DNA of 64,000 nucleotides from Eledone cirrhosa (GCA_964016885.1 OZ024740.1:42222001-42286000), one strand, 5' to 3'. Positions 25,781 through 40,558 are shown, counted from the stretch's first letter. Translations and numbers: made by a program. Notes: a model not told the origin generated them from the letters alone.

Positions 25781-25814
<34 letters not shown>

Positions 25815-25819
<5 letters not shown>

Positions 25820-26585
25820 TATGTATGTATGTATACGTACATACATATACGTATACAGACGTACAGTAGTATGTATATATATGCATACATGCACACTTAT
25901 ATATATATATATATATATGCACGTATCGGTTTACCGAACATTTATTATACTGCTCGGTTTGTTTGTTTGTAAACAAACAAACAGCCCGATTTACGCCGTA
26001 CAGTGTTTAGGCAACCATGTCACCTTTTTGTTCAACACTGACACAGGAACGATGTACTAGTTTCAAGCTTATTAGCTATCGTCAGCATCGTATACCTTCC
26101 TGCCAGATGGTTGAACGTCTGGAAGTATATACTTTCCTGATGCATATTAACGGCTGAGCAACCTAATTTGCATATCGAGTGAGTTCAGTCGGCCGGGCAC
26201 ACCGAAAACGATAAATGGAATAGAATGAAACGAAATTTCATTTCTCACTCTTAGTACGGCACTTACTTAAATGTAAGTATGTATGTATGTATTCGTACAT
26301 ACATATAATATATACAGACCTACAGTAGTATGTTTATATATACATACATGCATACATATATATATATATGCACGTATCGGATTACAAACAAACAAACCGA
26401 GCATTATAATAAATGTTCGGTAAACCGATACGTGCATATATATATATGTGTACATGTATGTATATATACACATGCTACTGTACGTCTGTATACATATATG
26501 TATGTACGTATACATACATACTTACATTTAAGTAAGTGCCGTACTAAGAGTGAGAAATGAAATTTCGTTTCATTCTATTCCATTT
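25815..26585 (-). mobile_element. Family G hammerhead-bearing repeat, one unit on minus plus inverted arm; extra inverted fragment at 24913-24963
   Basis: Homologous to the 537-bp unit at 52131-52667. Confidence 0.82.
26049..26091 (-). ncRNA. Minimal hammerhead ribozyme (family G)
   Basis: Minus: acgatg CTGACGA t-agct-aata-agct-t GAAAC ta GTA catcgt; perfect stem I, ACTAGT palindrome. Confidence 0.9.
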
Positions 26586-27142
26586 ATATATATATATATA
26601 GGAAAAAGTATTACACCGACGGCAGAGCTCAAGCCGTTTCGACGGCAGAGCTCAAGCCGTTTCGACGGCTATTCTGCACTCCAGAAATAGCTGTCGAAAC
26701 AGCTTGAGCTCTGCCGTCGGTGTCATAATTTAGATAGATTTAAAGGAAAGGGAGATATTTTAAAAGCTAAATTCTTTACTAAGTGACAAAGGTTTAGAGA
26801 ATTCTGTAGACAAATTCAAAATATTGAGTGCATATCTTACAATTGTCCTCAAATTTCTCTTAAACTATTCAACTATAAGCCAAAATCAACAGATACATTC
26901 ACAAAACACACTCACTCACACACTCACGCGCACCCATAGACACACCCACATACACATATACACATTTATATATATACACACACATACACATATATAAATA
27001 TATATATACATATATATATACACATATATATATATATATATACATACACATACATATACATATATATACACATATATATACACACACACATATACATAAA
27101 CACACACATATATATATATATATATATACATACACATACACA

Positions 27143-27206
<64 letters not shown>

Positions 27207-27674
27207 CACACATACACATATATACACATATACACACACATGTATATATATACACATACAAACACACACACACATACACACATATATATGTAAATATATA
27301 TATATATACATATATATATATACACACATATATATATATATATACACACACATATACATATACACACACACACACGTATATATATACACATACACATACA
27401 TACATATATACATATATATACACAGACGCATACACATATATACATACACATACAATATATATGTATATACACACATACATATACACACATACACACACAC
27501 CTATATATATATATATATATATACATATATATATACATACACGCACACACACATATATATACACACACACATATATACATATATACATATATATATACAT
27601 ATATGTATATATGTGTAAGTATTGAGTACTTTGGTGCGTTATGGTCCACTTGGTTCCTTACAACATTTCCTTTG

Positions 27675-27708
<34 letters not shown>

Positions 27709-27990
27709 TAAATCATGTCTTTAGAATCATCAGATATTAAAATATATAGTATTTCTTCTTCTAATTAGCATAATTAACCATATACAAAATCAATCCGAGC
27801 AAGCTATAAGAATAAATTCTCTTATGGGGAAATCTCCGACAAACAACCGAACGTAGCCTCTTCGCGGCGGCCCCGTTCGAGTATTTATCCAACATTTCGA
27901 CAGCATGTAGAAACTGACTAAATATACCACCAACCATACACAATTAGTTGTAAAATTAAACTTAGAAGAAATGCGCACATACCGTAATTA

Positions 27991-28068
27991 TATCTCTACC
28001 ATGGTTTCTTCCTTATTTTGGACATCCAAATAATAGGAATGTCCTGAGCCAGGATTCATCAGGAGACA
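27991..28068 (-). ncRNA. Hammerhead ribozyme (family B')
   Basis: Mirror of 28508-28585. Confidence 0.85.
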
Positions 28069-28507
28069 AACTCAAAATCTGACATCTAGTTTTTCAATCC
28101 GATCCCGCCAAAATTAGATTAAAAAATGGCTAAAAATCGCTATGTGGCTGTGTAAGCCAGAGAGAAAGAATGTGATTGGTTGCTTACGGCGGGTAGGTTT
28201 GCTGCTAGAAAGCGCAGCCAAATATCGCCAAATTTAATCTCAATCTATTGGGAGATTATTAAATATAAAGGTTATCATATACATAAAGTTAAAGATATAT
28301 ATATGTTGCAACTGTTCACTTTTAAGCTCTATGAAGAATTAATAAATTAAAATTAAAAAATCAGAGCATTATATCATAAATCATGTCTTTAGAATCATCA
28401 GATATTAAAATATATACTATTTCTTCTTCTTCATAGCGATTTTTAGCCATTTTTGAATCTAATTTTGGCGGGATCGGATTGAAAAACTAGATGTCTGATT
28501 TTGAGTT

Positions 28508-28585
28508 TGTCTCCTGATGAATCCTGGCTCAGGACATTCCTATTATTTGGATGTCCAAAATAAGGAAGAAACCATGGTAGAGATA
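28508..28585 (+). ncRNA. Hammerhead ribozyme (family B') with extended stem II
   Basis: tgtctc CTGATGA a-tcct..ggacat..atgtcc..agga-a GAAAC catg GTA gagata; perfect ACCATGGT palindrome. Confidence 0.87.
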
Positions 28586-29078
28586 TAATTACGGTATGTG
28601 CGCATTTCTTCTAAGTTTAATTTTACAACTAATTGTGTATGGTTGATGGTATATTTAGTCAGTTTCAACATGCTGTCGAAATGTAGGATAAATACTCGAA
28701 CGGGGCCGCCGCGAAGAGGCTACGTTCGGTTGTTTGTCGGAGATTTCCCCATAAGAGAATTTATTCTTATAGCTTGCTCGGATTGATTTTGTATATGGTT
28801 AATTATGCTAATTAGAAGAAGAAATAGTATATATTTTAATATCTGATGATTCTAAAGACATGATTTATGATATAATGCTCTGATTTTTTAATTTTAATTT
28901 ATTAATTCTTCATAGAGCTTAAAAGTGAACAGTTGCAACATATATATATCTTTAACTTTATGTATATGATAACCTTTATATATATATATATATATCACAA
29001 TAAATTAACGGAGCCATAGACTCTCGCTATTCGCTGTCAGTAATGTGCTCAAAGGAGAAGGAATCCCGAGCTCTTTAT

Positions 29079-29411
29079 AATACAATATGTTGAAAAGGTA
29101 ACTCACTAGAGAGAGAGAGATAGTGCGCCATCAATCAAACAAGGAAAAACCACCAGTGTATGGAATTTATAACCCATGGAAGGCAGAGTAGACACACGAT
29201 AATTAAAAGTATAAATTAAAGTGTAAATACATACCTCGATATATATCTAACACACACGTTCAAATCCAAAGAGATCTGTTTCGCCAAACGTGTGTATATT
29301 CTGCCTTCCATGGGTTATAGATTCCATACACTGGTGGTTTTCTCTGTTTGATTGATAGCGCACTATCTCTCTCTCCTCTCTCTAGTGTGTTACCTTTTCA
29401 ACATATTGTAT

Positions 29412-29412
<1 letters not shown>
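29079..29412. repeat. Diverged fold-back (arms 29079-29198 / 29289-29412) between (TA)n tracts
   Basis: Arms are reverse complements with mismatches; no intact ribozyme core seen. Confidence 0.75.
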
Positions 29413-29476
<64 letters not shown>

Positions 29477-29514
29477 ATATATATCTGTTATTTGAATAAA
29501 TATATATATATATC

Positions 29515-29790
29515 AAAATAACAGTTTAAAGTTTAAGCAAAGAATCGCTGCTTTCACCCTTAACGGGATGTTCTGAAACTAAAAAAATCAATCTGTGAAC
29601 GCAGAAGTAAATATTTCGAAAAACTGATTATTTTAGTCTCAGAAGATCCCGTTAAGGGTGAAATCACCCATTCTTTGCTTAAACTTTAATCTGTTATTTT
29701 AATAAGTATTTGCTCTACGGTTCTTATATATTTGATAAATATTTATCCTTATCGAGCCCTCTTTGGATTTTAGTCTTCAAATTTATTATT
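29515..29790. repeat. Diverged fold-back; long-arm end shared with 4087-4143
   Basis: Arms 29515-29592 / 29624-29703; tttatccttatcgagccctctttggattttagtcttca recurs inverted at ~4096-4133. Confidence 0.75.
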
Positions 29791-29985
29791 ATTACTATAT
29801 ATATATAATATATATATATATATATAAACACACACACATACACACACACACACACACACATACACACACACACACACATACACACACACGCATATATATA
29901 TATATACAATGATATTAAATAAATGGAAACTATATTTATAAAACCATATTTATTCTATTATATATATTTCATATATATATATATG

Positions 29986-30017
<32 letters not shown>

Positions 30018-30062
30018 TGTATGTATGTATGTATGTATGTATGTATGTATGTATGTATGTAT

Positions 30063-30592
30063 GCCAGTACAACCTGTCTCATGGACGGGTCGTTGGCGAC
30101 TTTGGACATCCTGCAGGACTAAAAACAAAACCTGTCAAAGGGCAAAGGAGCTCTTAAGAGTCAATGGCCATCCAAAATCACCGGGAGAGATGACCCCTTA
30201 GCCTTTGTCAAGGCAGAATTCTAGGAGAAGTAAAACTCTGATATAACCCCTGCAACCCTGATGGTATCCAATGATGTTGACTTGTTCTTCTTTTTGGTAA
30301 ATATCATCTTGGTTAAAAGAGTGGGACTGGATTTGTGCAGTGCCTTTGCTCACTATAAAAGCTTCACGGCACAGGCATTGCTTTATATCTGGAGATCTCT
30401 CTGCACTTGTCGTCACATGGTACCATGGGCCCAGCACTATGTGTCAATAATTGTCACAAGTGTAGTGTCTGTACCAGAGTTTTCAAGTCGCTGGCTGGAC
30501 TAAAAAGTCACACTCGTTCAGCGCATCGTTAGGGGTTCTCCTACATGAATATAAAGTAGTGGCCTACTCGAAAACGATTTGGCAGCCACCGT
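30063..30592 (+). mobile_element. Non-coding repeat resembling an RTE 5'UTR-derived element; head also at 34917-35049
   Basis: ccagtaca.cctgtc.catgg.cgggtcgttggcgact shared; ctaggagaagtaaaactctga resembles RTE 5'UTR motifs; both copies lie in (TATG)n. Confidence 0.5.
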
Positions 30593-30605
30593 GTATGTAT
30601 GTATG

Positions 30606-33600
30606 TTTTCTCTTTCTCTTAATTTCGAGTATATTTTTTTTTGACCGGCCACCTTCCTGGTGGCAAGGTTGTAAAAGAAAAGAAATTGTCATCCCTTGAA
30701 TCGCAAGAATGTTTTGCAAATTTTGAAGGTGCCAGCTATCGCAGCCTTTGTAGACTATGAATTAGGGAGCCGCGCTTTTTGTCCGCAAATCCAAGTTCAG
30801 TCATACTTTGGTCCAGGCGGGTTGGTATATAACCCATAGCACCAATAATGATGGGTATGAAGCTAAAGGTGTATCTTGGATACTGGATTTGTAAACTCCT
30901 CATCAATGGTCCGTAGATGTCCTCCTTCTCCTGTATTTTTCTGGCAACGTTTACATCAAGTGGGCAGCTGATCTCCACAACAGAACACGTTTTCAATGTG
31001 TGGTCCCAAACTACAATATCAGGCCGGTTGTGCTTTAATTTGGTGGCAGTTTTTATTTTCAGGTTCCACCAGTATTCTTTAGTGCCAGCTGTCTCAATAT
31101 ATTCTTCCTCGTTTGTTGTTAATTTTGTTTTCCGAAGTGCGTTCCAGATGGTTCTAGCTATCCCATCGTGTCTCATGGGGAGGTAGTAGCGAGATGACAT
31201 TCTTTCGCAGCTGGCATCAATGTGGCTTTCATCCTCGATCTTTGTTTTACATAGCCTACATTTATTGTCAGCTGCTGGCCCTCCTCTTTTGTGCAGCAGA
31301 TATTTGGTAGGGAGTTCTTGTTCCTGTATTGCATAGAGATATCCCTCAAGGTGTGATGTCATAAACTTGTCGGAACTCCATGCCAGGCTTTTTGAGTGGT
31401 TTATCCCTTCTATGGTCTGTGTTTTACGCCTCAAGTATCCATGCACAACTTTTTCTGTAAATTGGTCAATTTTTTTTATCCTGTTTGAACATTGAATAGG
31501 ATCTTCCGATTTCTCTGGGTGAGAGATTTATATCAGGCTTTATTCCATATCTCTCCTCCAGATCAGTCGCTATTCTAATGATATTTCTTTTTTCATGCTC
31601 ATAAACCCGGGTAAGATGGTTGCCAAACTTTTTCCTCTGTTGAAGGTGTTGCTTCAGTGTTACTATCCGGGTCTCATATGTTGTTAATATTGATTTTAGA
31701 CTCCGACCACCTTCCATGCGTGAGAAGTATAGCCTATCCACATCACCATTGATGTTAAAGTTCCCAGTAACACTGAGAAGTTTTCGAGTTCTAACATCCA
31801 TCTCACTTAGTTCTTGCAATGACCAGTTCAGTAGGCCAAATGTTGGCGTTAGAATTGGCACAGCATAAGTATTGTGGGCAATGTATTTGTATGCTGACAG
31901 TTCTGATGACCATATTTTCTTTACTCTTCTGAGGTATTCAGTTCTGGTTCTCTCCTTATTTATGGGTCCATCATATCTGACATTCTCATCCTGTCCAAGA
32001 TATCTGTAGTTGTCACCTGACTGCAGAGGTTGTATTGTCAGGCCGTTCATCTCTAGATTTCTAGAGGAGGGCACAGCTCTTCCACGTTTTACTGCCAAAT
32101 ATGCACACTTGGACTCACCAAATTTCATTTTGATGTCGGTTGAAAATTGTGTAATGAGGTCCAATTGTTTCTTGATGTCATTGATATTTGGCACATACAA
32201 CTTCAGGTCATCAACAAAGAAAAGATGGGAGATACTTCTGGGCCCACTTCTTTGTCCACCTTGTTTCCTGAGTAGGTAAGGTAGTGGATTCAGTGAGAGA
32301 ACGAAGAGTAGCACTGACAAGCTATCACCCTGAAAGATGCCCTCCTGGTAATGTATCTTATCAGTCTTAACCTGCTCCTTCTCACCTCTAAGGATCAAAT
32401 TGGTGTACCAGTTCTTGGTCAGGCGTTCAACAGCAGCTACCAATGGTTGTGGGACTTTAGCTAACTGTAAAGCCTTAATAATCCACCCATGAGGTACACT
32501 ATCGAATGCTTTTTGATAGTCCAGCCACACGACAGTCATGTTTCTGCGATTCTTTGTTGTTTTTTCCTGAATCATTTTGTTAGTTAGTAGGTGATCTATG
32601 CAACCCCACACCCCCCTCTTTCCACCAGCTTGCTCAGGTGTTGTGATGTTGTTGGTAGCACAGTGATCCTGTAAGAACAGGTTAAGGCAGCCAGTATATA
32701 ATTTATACATGATGTTTTGGCAGGCAATTGGGCGGTAATTTTTAGCAAGGGTGGTTTGGCTATTTTGGGGAATGAGGAGGGTAGTGGCAGTTGATAACCA
32801 TCTGGGCAGTTCTTGTGTGCCCTAAATGGTTCCTGTAAACAGCCGTATGAGATCTTGCCGATAGAAAGTGAAATTCTTCAACCAGTATCCTGTAATGAGG
32901 TCCGGGCCTGGCGATTTCCTATTCGACATTTTCTGTAGAGCTGTTTCCAGTATTGAACCATCTATGTCATATTGTTTTGTCTGGACATGTTGGCAGTAGT
33001 CCTGTTCCAGTTCTTTTAGCCAATTAGCTTGTCTGTTGAATCCGTCATCCGTTTCCCATACAGATCTCCAGTAGCTCTCAACCTGTTCTTTTGAAGGGGT
33101 GTCGTTTACAGGGATTGAGCTTTTGCCACCTAAGCTGCGATAAACTAATTTAGGATCTCTGGCAAACAATCTATCTAGCACTTGCCGTTTATGTGCTGTT
33201 GACTTATATTTTAGTCTTTCTGTTGTAGCTGTGAGTTGTTGTTTCAACTGGTGTAATTTGGAGTTCAAAGTTTTAAATTTTGTATCTCCAAATCGTCTCT
33301 CTAACTTTTTCTTTAGGTCTTCCTGGTGTCGTGTGAAGTTGCTCTCTATGTTGCATTTCATAACGACTGCGATGTGTGAGATACTTCGTCTCAGGGACAA
33401 AATTTTGGTTTTTAAATTTCGCATCCACGCTGGTTCAGGCTTTCTGTTTGTATCTTGATTGCGTGGTTTTAGATGTGTGTTATATGATAGCAATGTGACA
33501 GCTGAAACATATAACAAAACATTAAGCGTTTCAAATGTCGTTTCTACACCTTTAGATCGTATAGCCTTCAGATAATTGCCAGCTATTTCGTTCACCGCTT

Positions 33601-34332
33601 CCAATTCCAATTTAGTGGGTTCTTTACTGACTCTAGTGTTGTATGGTCTGTCACTCACATTAAGGCTGTGTATATCTTGAAACATATCGTTCCATATCAC
33701 TTGTCGGGTGCCCACAAGTTTTTGGTGCTCTGTTTGTTCAGTAGAGTCATGAATTTCTGCCTCGTTGTTGATGTGGTGACAATTACTACTAGAGTCAGCT
33801 GACCTTTCTCGCTGTTCTTCAGTGGAAGTGGGATGGATTTCAGCAAAATTGTTGGTGAGCTGTTCACTGTTAGATTTAGCTGGCCATTCTCTTTGTCTGT
33901 CAGTGGAGGTGGGGTGGTTGTCTACAAGGGCTGTATTTGTAGTATCACTCAATTCCGTTAGATGTATCAATTTACATCTAATGATACGTTTTGCCTGTTC
34001 ATTTAGATGCTTTGGAGAAAAGTCTAATTCTGGGTGTTTGGAGTTCCATAAAGTTTTTAGCCTTTGCATAAAACCGAACTTTTGGGGTTCAGATTGTTTG
34101 TATGCTTCATATAATACTTTGTTCAGCTCGTAGCTCCACTGTGTAAAACGATTGTAGTTGCGATTTGGTCGAAGGAGACTTGTACTTTTTGCCATGATGA
34201 GTTCGTCTATTCACTAATATTTCGTATTTATTTTTTAAAATAGTCGATGATCTTCTTTAAAAGTTACGACAAAGTTCTGTCAGAATCAAATTTAAAGTTA
34301 TTCACAGCTTGGGTAATATTTCTTTTCAGTTA
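30606..34332 (-). mobile_element. Dong/R4-clade non-LTR retrotransposon, near full length (single ORF broken by one stop and frameshifts)
   Basis: EQAGG, WLDYQKAFDSVPH, GIFQGDSLS, HLFFVDDLKLY, CRLC..H...C, RHD, NRPDIV..VEISCP..KEDIY (REL endonuclease); (TATG)n on both sides. Confidence 0.92.
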
Positions 34333-34425
34333 GTATGTATGTATGTATGTATGTATGTATGTATGTATGTATGTATGTATGTATGTATGTATGTATGTAT
34401 GTATGTATGTATGTATGTATGTATG

Positions 34426-34895
34426 TTCTTCTGGTTTTATAATTTCACAAAGTTTTACCAATAGAGAGAGAGTCGGTTTCTAACATAGACACAAGACTCT
34501 CTCATTGGAATTTACACAACATCAACTAGGGAGATATGTATGTATGCATGCATGTGTAGATATGGATGTTATTGTATGTGTGGATGTGGATGTTTTGAGT
34601 TGTATGTGTGCATGTGTATATGCTTTCTATCTGTACATGTGTATATGCAGTTATTAGATGCAACATTTTTGGAATGTTTTACATATTTTTACCGTTCCAT
34701 TAATGGATTGTACTTGTAGTTTCCTAACTAGTTGTGTTCTTTCTGTTCTTGTAGCTTCTCAAGATTTGTATTGAGGCAGTTACTAACATACCCCAGTGCC
34801 CCAATAATCACAGGCATAAATCTGAAGGTGTAATCAGGGTGGAGTATCTGCAGATTTCTCATCAGTTCTGCATAAATATTCACCTTTTCACTAAT
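34426..34895 (-). mobile_element. Second Dong/R4 subfamily, 3' fragment
   Basis: Minus translation ENIYAELMRNLQILHPDYTFRFMPVIIGALGYV..VRKLQVQSINGTVKICKTF, homologous to the end of 30736-31446; flanked by (TATG)n. Confidence 0.85.
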
Positions 34896-35315
34896 TATGT
34901 ATGTATGTATTTATGTCAGGTCACCAGTTGGTGCTACTGGTAACATGTATTCCAGTACAGCCTGTCCCATGGTCGGGTCGTTGGCGACTAAACTGGCAAC
35001 CCCACCAAGGTTTCTTGGTCAGGCGGGTGACTTTGGACATCCTGCAGGATGTATGTATGTATGTATGAATGTATGTATATGTATTAGAATATGGAGTTAA
35101 CCGACCAGGGATGTCGGACCACATTATGGTCGGTCGGCTGAGAAGCAGATAAAAAGAAACACTCAATGACCTGTATAAATGATGCAGAGGGCGGCCATAA
35201 TCACGTAATCGCCCCCCCCCCCCACACACACACACATTCATACAGTCACACGTTGGGAGGTTTGCGCACACCCATATCCATTAATATATGCACACACACA
35301 TACATGCGCATATAT

Positions 35316-35404
<89 letters not shown>

Positions 35405-35832
35405 TATACACACACACATGCATGCGCATATATATATAAATACAGACACACATATATATATATATATACATACATACACACATATATATATGTATATGTA
35501 TATATACAGACATATATATCCACACATATTTACATAGACATACATACACGCACATACATATATATACACGCACACAGAGACAGACCCACACACACTTTTA
35601 CATACACACACATATTCATATAAACACACGCAATCTTTTATGAACATGTATTAAGACACACATTCATATAGTGTTGCTTGGTGGCAGGGTGGTAATGGTA
35701 GAGATGGGTAGGCGAAGGGGTCTTCATCTACAATGGCAATCAAAGCCAGACTCCAAAGACTTCGAATTTCTAACCTAGATCGTTCCTTGATGAGCTTATG
35801 TAATAATTTGCTCTTAATATTATTCTGAATAG

Positions 35833-36023
35833 GGCGGTGGATTGGCAGTATCGGTAGAGGGTCGGACGCCATGCTTTTAGCAAAGAGTTACTGCCCTTTA
35901 TGGTCTGAGTTCAAATCCCGCCGAGGTTAACTTTATATTTCATCTTTAAGGGGTCGATAAAATAAAGTACCAGTAATACACTGGGATAATTGCTGGCCTT
36001 GTGCTATAAGTAGAAACAATTAT
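35833..36023 (+). mobile_element. Full-length Meta-type tRNA SINE with TSD-like attattctgaa
   Basis: A/B boxes, core and tail; attattctgaa before and after. Confidence 0.92.
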
Positions 36024-36950
36024 TCTGAAATGGACGTACTAATTTGCATATAATTAAGGCTTGTGTTTATAGTTAATTAAAGTATATATAAAGAGGAGTG
36101 CTAAGCATCAGAAGTGTTCGATAAACAAATATCTGTATATATACAGTGTGGGTAACCGAAACTGCGAAAATATGTAGACACGTAAGTATGCCAGAAAGTA
36201 GTATGTGTAACTATATATGCTCTGATGTATAAATGCATATATTTGTGGTAATGTCTAGTTTTGCAAGTATGTATATCTACATGCTTTTGAAATAACGAAA
36301 AGAAGAAAATCTGTAAACTGTTGTCTTCTTATATATTCCTCTAAAGCAAGGTTCACGAAACCTATATCTCTACCGACTAGAGAAAAGTCATTTACTAGGT
36401 TTGCTTATGGTTATTTTGTTTAGTCCCTTTTTAATCGTGATCGGGAAGACCGATGAATTAAAAAAATTGACTAATGCCCATCCCATCTTTTCTTTAGACA
36501 TTGCATATTTAGGACCATGTTAACTCTGCCCTACGAAGTTTAAAACGATTTGAGTCAGATCTGGTTGGTATTTCTAATAGTTCGCATGCTCACGTAGATA
36601 CCCGCTAAGGGAACTCAAAATACTTTATTTGAGCCTAACAAATACAAATACGGTACGACAGAATGTTATTAACATTCTTCGGCGTTGCGTAGTGACATAT
36701 TTGTAAATATAGTTAAATTCCCACAGGTTGATTATCGCTAGTTCGAAGAATATTAGAAGAAATAAACATCATATATTTTAATATCGGTTGTAACAATGTG
36801 GCTATTTGTACACATGTACATATGTTCAACAGAAATCAGGACAAGAGAAAGGAGAGTGTTGGTAGTAAGTAATTGGTGTAAAAACTGAAAAGTGCTGAAG
36901 AAACATAGTCAGAAAGGCAAGGAACGATGTGTGTGCGTGAATGAGTGAGG

Positions 36951-37092
<142 letters not shown>

Positions 37093-37486
37093 TGTGTGTA
37101 TGTGTGTGAGTGAGAGAGTTTGAGATAAATAGAAAGAAAAGAAGGGAGATATTTGAGCGAAAGATCATAAAGTTGGCACAACATTGGAATTACAGGATAT
37201 GAAATTGATTCAATCAATTATATGAATTTTGAGTTAAGTATAATAAAGTTTACACTTATTTTCATAGTATTTTTCACGAGGAAAGGGAAGTAACAATTAC
37301 CTTAGCAGGTCTTGTGAATCTGTTGAAAATAATTGTTTCTGCTTTAGGCACAAGGCCAGCAATTATCCAGTGCATTACTGGTACTTTTGAAAATAATACG
37401 GTTGATTTGTACATCTGCGTAAACCCAATTTTTGTTTTCTATTCACGAGAATTGACTGATTCTAAACCGTCATGTTTTTGTTAATA

Positions 37487-37687
37487 CGAAGGTTAGCTGA
37501 AAAGTTCATAGGCTGACTAAGAAGGAGTGATGTTAGTACATGCATTAATTTCAACTCTTCATATTAATAACTGCATTGTTCCTTTCTAGGGATTATGTTG
37601 AAAAATAAACCTTATTTGATCATTCCATGAGACTATTTTGGTCAACCTAAGAACTTTTAATCTTATGAACTTTTCAACCAGCCCTCG
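37487..37687. mobile_element. Mariner-type MITE
   Basis: TA|cgaaggttagctgaaaagttcatag ... ttatgaacttttcaaccagccctcg|TA. Confidence 0.85.
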
Positions 37688-39242
37688 TATTTTATGGATT
37701 TCAGAAAGAGGAGGTTGAAAAACATTTAGTCCGGTTCCCTGCCGTATCTTCCAACTTATCAACTATCTAATAAGTTTAATCCATTGGACAAGAATATACC
37801 CTCAACTGAACCTTGCTCAGTATTTCACTTCTATTTATTTCTTAAATTGGCCTTGCGAGATTTGAAATCGAAACGAAGAAATAAAACCTGGAATGGTTGT
37901 TTCTAGCGCTCTACTGCTTTTGCTGTATTTGTAAATATGAAAACATTCATTATAACTTTAACTCAAGACTATACATTATAATTTTGGCTCAAGTCTATAA
38001 ACTGTATCTTTGACTGAAGTCTATATATACCCTATAACCTTGACTCAATCCTATACATTGTAACTTAGGCTCAACTCTATAGACCGTAATGTGATTAAAG
38101 TCTATATATTTATAGTGAAAGACCTAATCAATTGAAAGACTAATATATTTTTGATATATTATCGAAGCCGGAGAAAGAAATGACAAATTCCTCGCGAACA
38201 ATATTTAAACTGGAATTTAAGATGACGTAGATAACTGATTTAAGATATTTAGTTTAGAAATTTACCGTTTGTCACATCAGTCTCAATATCTGTATTAAAA
38301 TATTAATAATTATATTGAAGAAAAAGAGATGAAAGGAACGAAGATGGTCTCGTTAGTAGTGTGTAGGGACTATATACTTCTAATATATTTATTGAACTGA
38401 AGATTTTCAAAGACAATCTTAGAGGTAAACCAGTCAATAATGAACTTTATAGCCAGCGCACACAGAGTTGTTTTATCAGTTCAATAGATATAGACAATTA
38501 TATTGAAGAGGATATAGTTTGTATTATATTATTGATTTTCAGATATATGAAATGTCAAACTGGATTATGTAGAATAAAACTTCAGAAACCTGATACACTA
38601 AACAACGTTTTGTTAAACGTTCGCATAAGATGAGAAACAATTGCTTGAGCACGTAGCTGTAGATTTATTAACAGAAATCACGAATGCGTATGGTTTATTC
38701 ATTTATCAAGACGTTAACCCCTTTAAGAACACCCACCAAATGATATCATGTATGAAATAAGACTTAACACCTGCAAGGAAAAGAGAAATAAAACTGAGTG
38801 TAGTGACGACTGTCATGAAAAATAAAAGTCACGTCGCAGCACTTGGCTTTTAACCTGTTTCTCAAACTACAAACATATTTGCTCAGGTCAAACGGTTGCG
38901 TCATGTAGAGGTTATTACTAGAACATATTTTATCTTGTTTCAGGAGAAGAAAACATGGGTGGCCTTGTTGAGAATTCAACTCGGACAACAGTTAAAGTAG
39001 ACTTTGACAACTCATTGTCCTATATAAATCTAAAACAGAATACAAGTAGAATGCAGGTACAGTAAATTCTAATAGAATACAGGTAGAATACATGTTAGGC
39101 AACACTGATAATTCTTATATAAACATAAAGCAGACATAATAAGTAAAAAACAAACAAAGAACAAACAGACAAATAAAACAACAACAAAAACAAAAAAAGA
39201 ACAACCCCAAAACCCCCATCAAAACGACATCCCCACCCCAAA

Positions 39243-39420
39243 GTAATAATTGTTTTTACTTTTGGCACAAGCCCAGCAATTATCCCAGTGTATTATTGGT
39301 ACTTTATTTTATCGACCCCGTAAGGATGAAAGGCAAAGTTAACCTCGACGGGATTTGAACTCAGATCATAAGGGGCCGTAACTCTATGCTGCAAAGCATG
39401 GCGTCGGACGCTCTACCGCC
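39243..39420 (-). mobile_element. Meta-type tRNA SINE
   Basis: Reverse complement of the 13043 family. Confidence 0.9.
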
Positions 39421-39900
39421 CTAGAACTGTAGCTAATAACAATAAGACATTTTGTCTGTTCGAAGTTCTTCCGATTCAGCTAACAAACACCGAAACAACT
39501 ACAACAACGACAACATCAAACAGTAGTGTGATAAGTTGAAACCCAAATATTTAACTACTGATTTTTTTATATAATTCTTTTGTTTGAACCTGTTTAGACT
39601 TACTGTCAATAGAAAGAGATGATTTATAGCCAGACACTTGAAACATGGCCGTATACGACACTTTTAGTCTTCATCTAGCTTCTAAAACATATAATGTTAC
39701 GAACTATTTTCTTTTCGTCTGTTTATATTTTGTTAAGGTTGCCTAGTGATTTGTCTAGAGTAATGGAGTAAATTCTATGGTCCAGAGAGACACAAGAAAT
39801 ACAACGTAAATTGTCTTAAGTGTGGTAAATAACTTTAATACAGAACCATATAGGAAAACTCCTACCATCTACAAATCACATCAATATCTATCTCTCTATT

Positions 39901-40558
39901 TACCTACCTACCTACTTACCTACCTACTTACCTACCTACCTACCTACCTACCTACCTACCTACCTACCGACCGACCTACCTACCTATCAGGCTAGCTAGC
40001 TAGCTACCTACCTACCTACCTACCTACCTACCTACCTACCTACCTACCTACCTACCTACCTACCTACCTACCTACCTACCTACCTACCTACCTACTTACC
40101 TACCTACCTACCTACCTACCTACCTACCTACCTACCTACCTACCTACCTACCGACCGACCTACCGACCGACCTACCTACCTATCAGGCTAGCTAGCTAGC
40201 TACCTACCTACCTACCTACCTACCTACATACCTACCTACCTACCTACCTACCTACCTACCTAACTAACTACCGACCTACCTACCTACCTACCTACCTACC
40301 TACCTACCTACCTACCTACCTACCTAGCTACCTACCTACCTAACTAACTAACTACCGACCTACCTACCGACCGACCGACCTACCTACCTACCTACCTACC
40401 TACCTACCTACCTACCTACCTACCTACCTACCTACCTACCTACCTACCTACCTAGCTACCTACCTACCTACTTACCTACCTACTTACCTACCTACCTACC
40501 TACCTACCTACCTACCTACCTACCTACCTACCTACCTACCTACCTACCTACCTACCTA
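39901..40558. repeat. (CCTA)n tetranucleotide array with CCGA/GCTA/ACTA variants
   Basis: Direct reading; tatcaggctagctagctagc interruption occurs twice. Confidence 0.97.

Larger units (their letters stand above)
27705..28980. mobile_element. Family B-related pseudo-LTR in large inverted duplication (27705-28143 / 28433-28870 plus extensions)
   Basis: Near-identical inverted arms (mirrored ORFs 27790-27978 and 28598-28786), internal partial tandem at 28374-28430. Confidence 0.85.

Noticed and set aside
29636-29680. CAGAAGA-stem-GAAAT motif
   Set aside because: Core and helix III are mutated in both arms; at best a decayed hammerhead
34917-35049. HDV-like ribozyme at the head of the RTE-like repeat
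   Set aside because: Some pairings (ccagt/actgg, a CTAA junction, ggtcacc/ggtgact) exist but P3/L3/P1.1 could not be fitted
38700-38800. Strong minus-strand 3' splice site (ttttatttctcttttccttgcag)
   Set aside because: Followed by stops and no supportable exon; could indicate that the window is intronic but this is unproven
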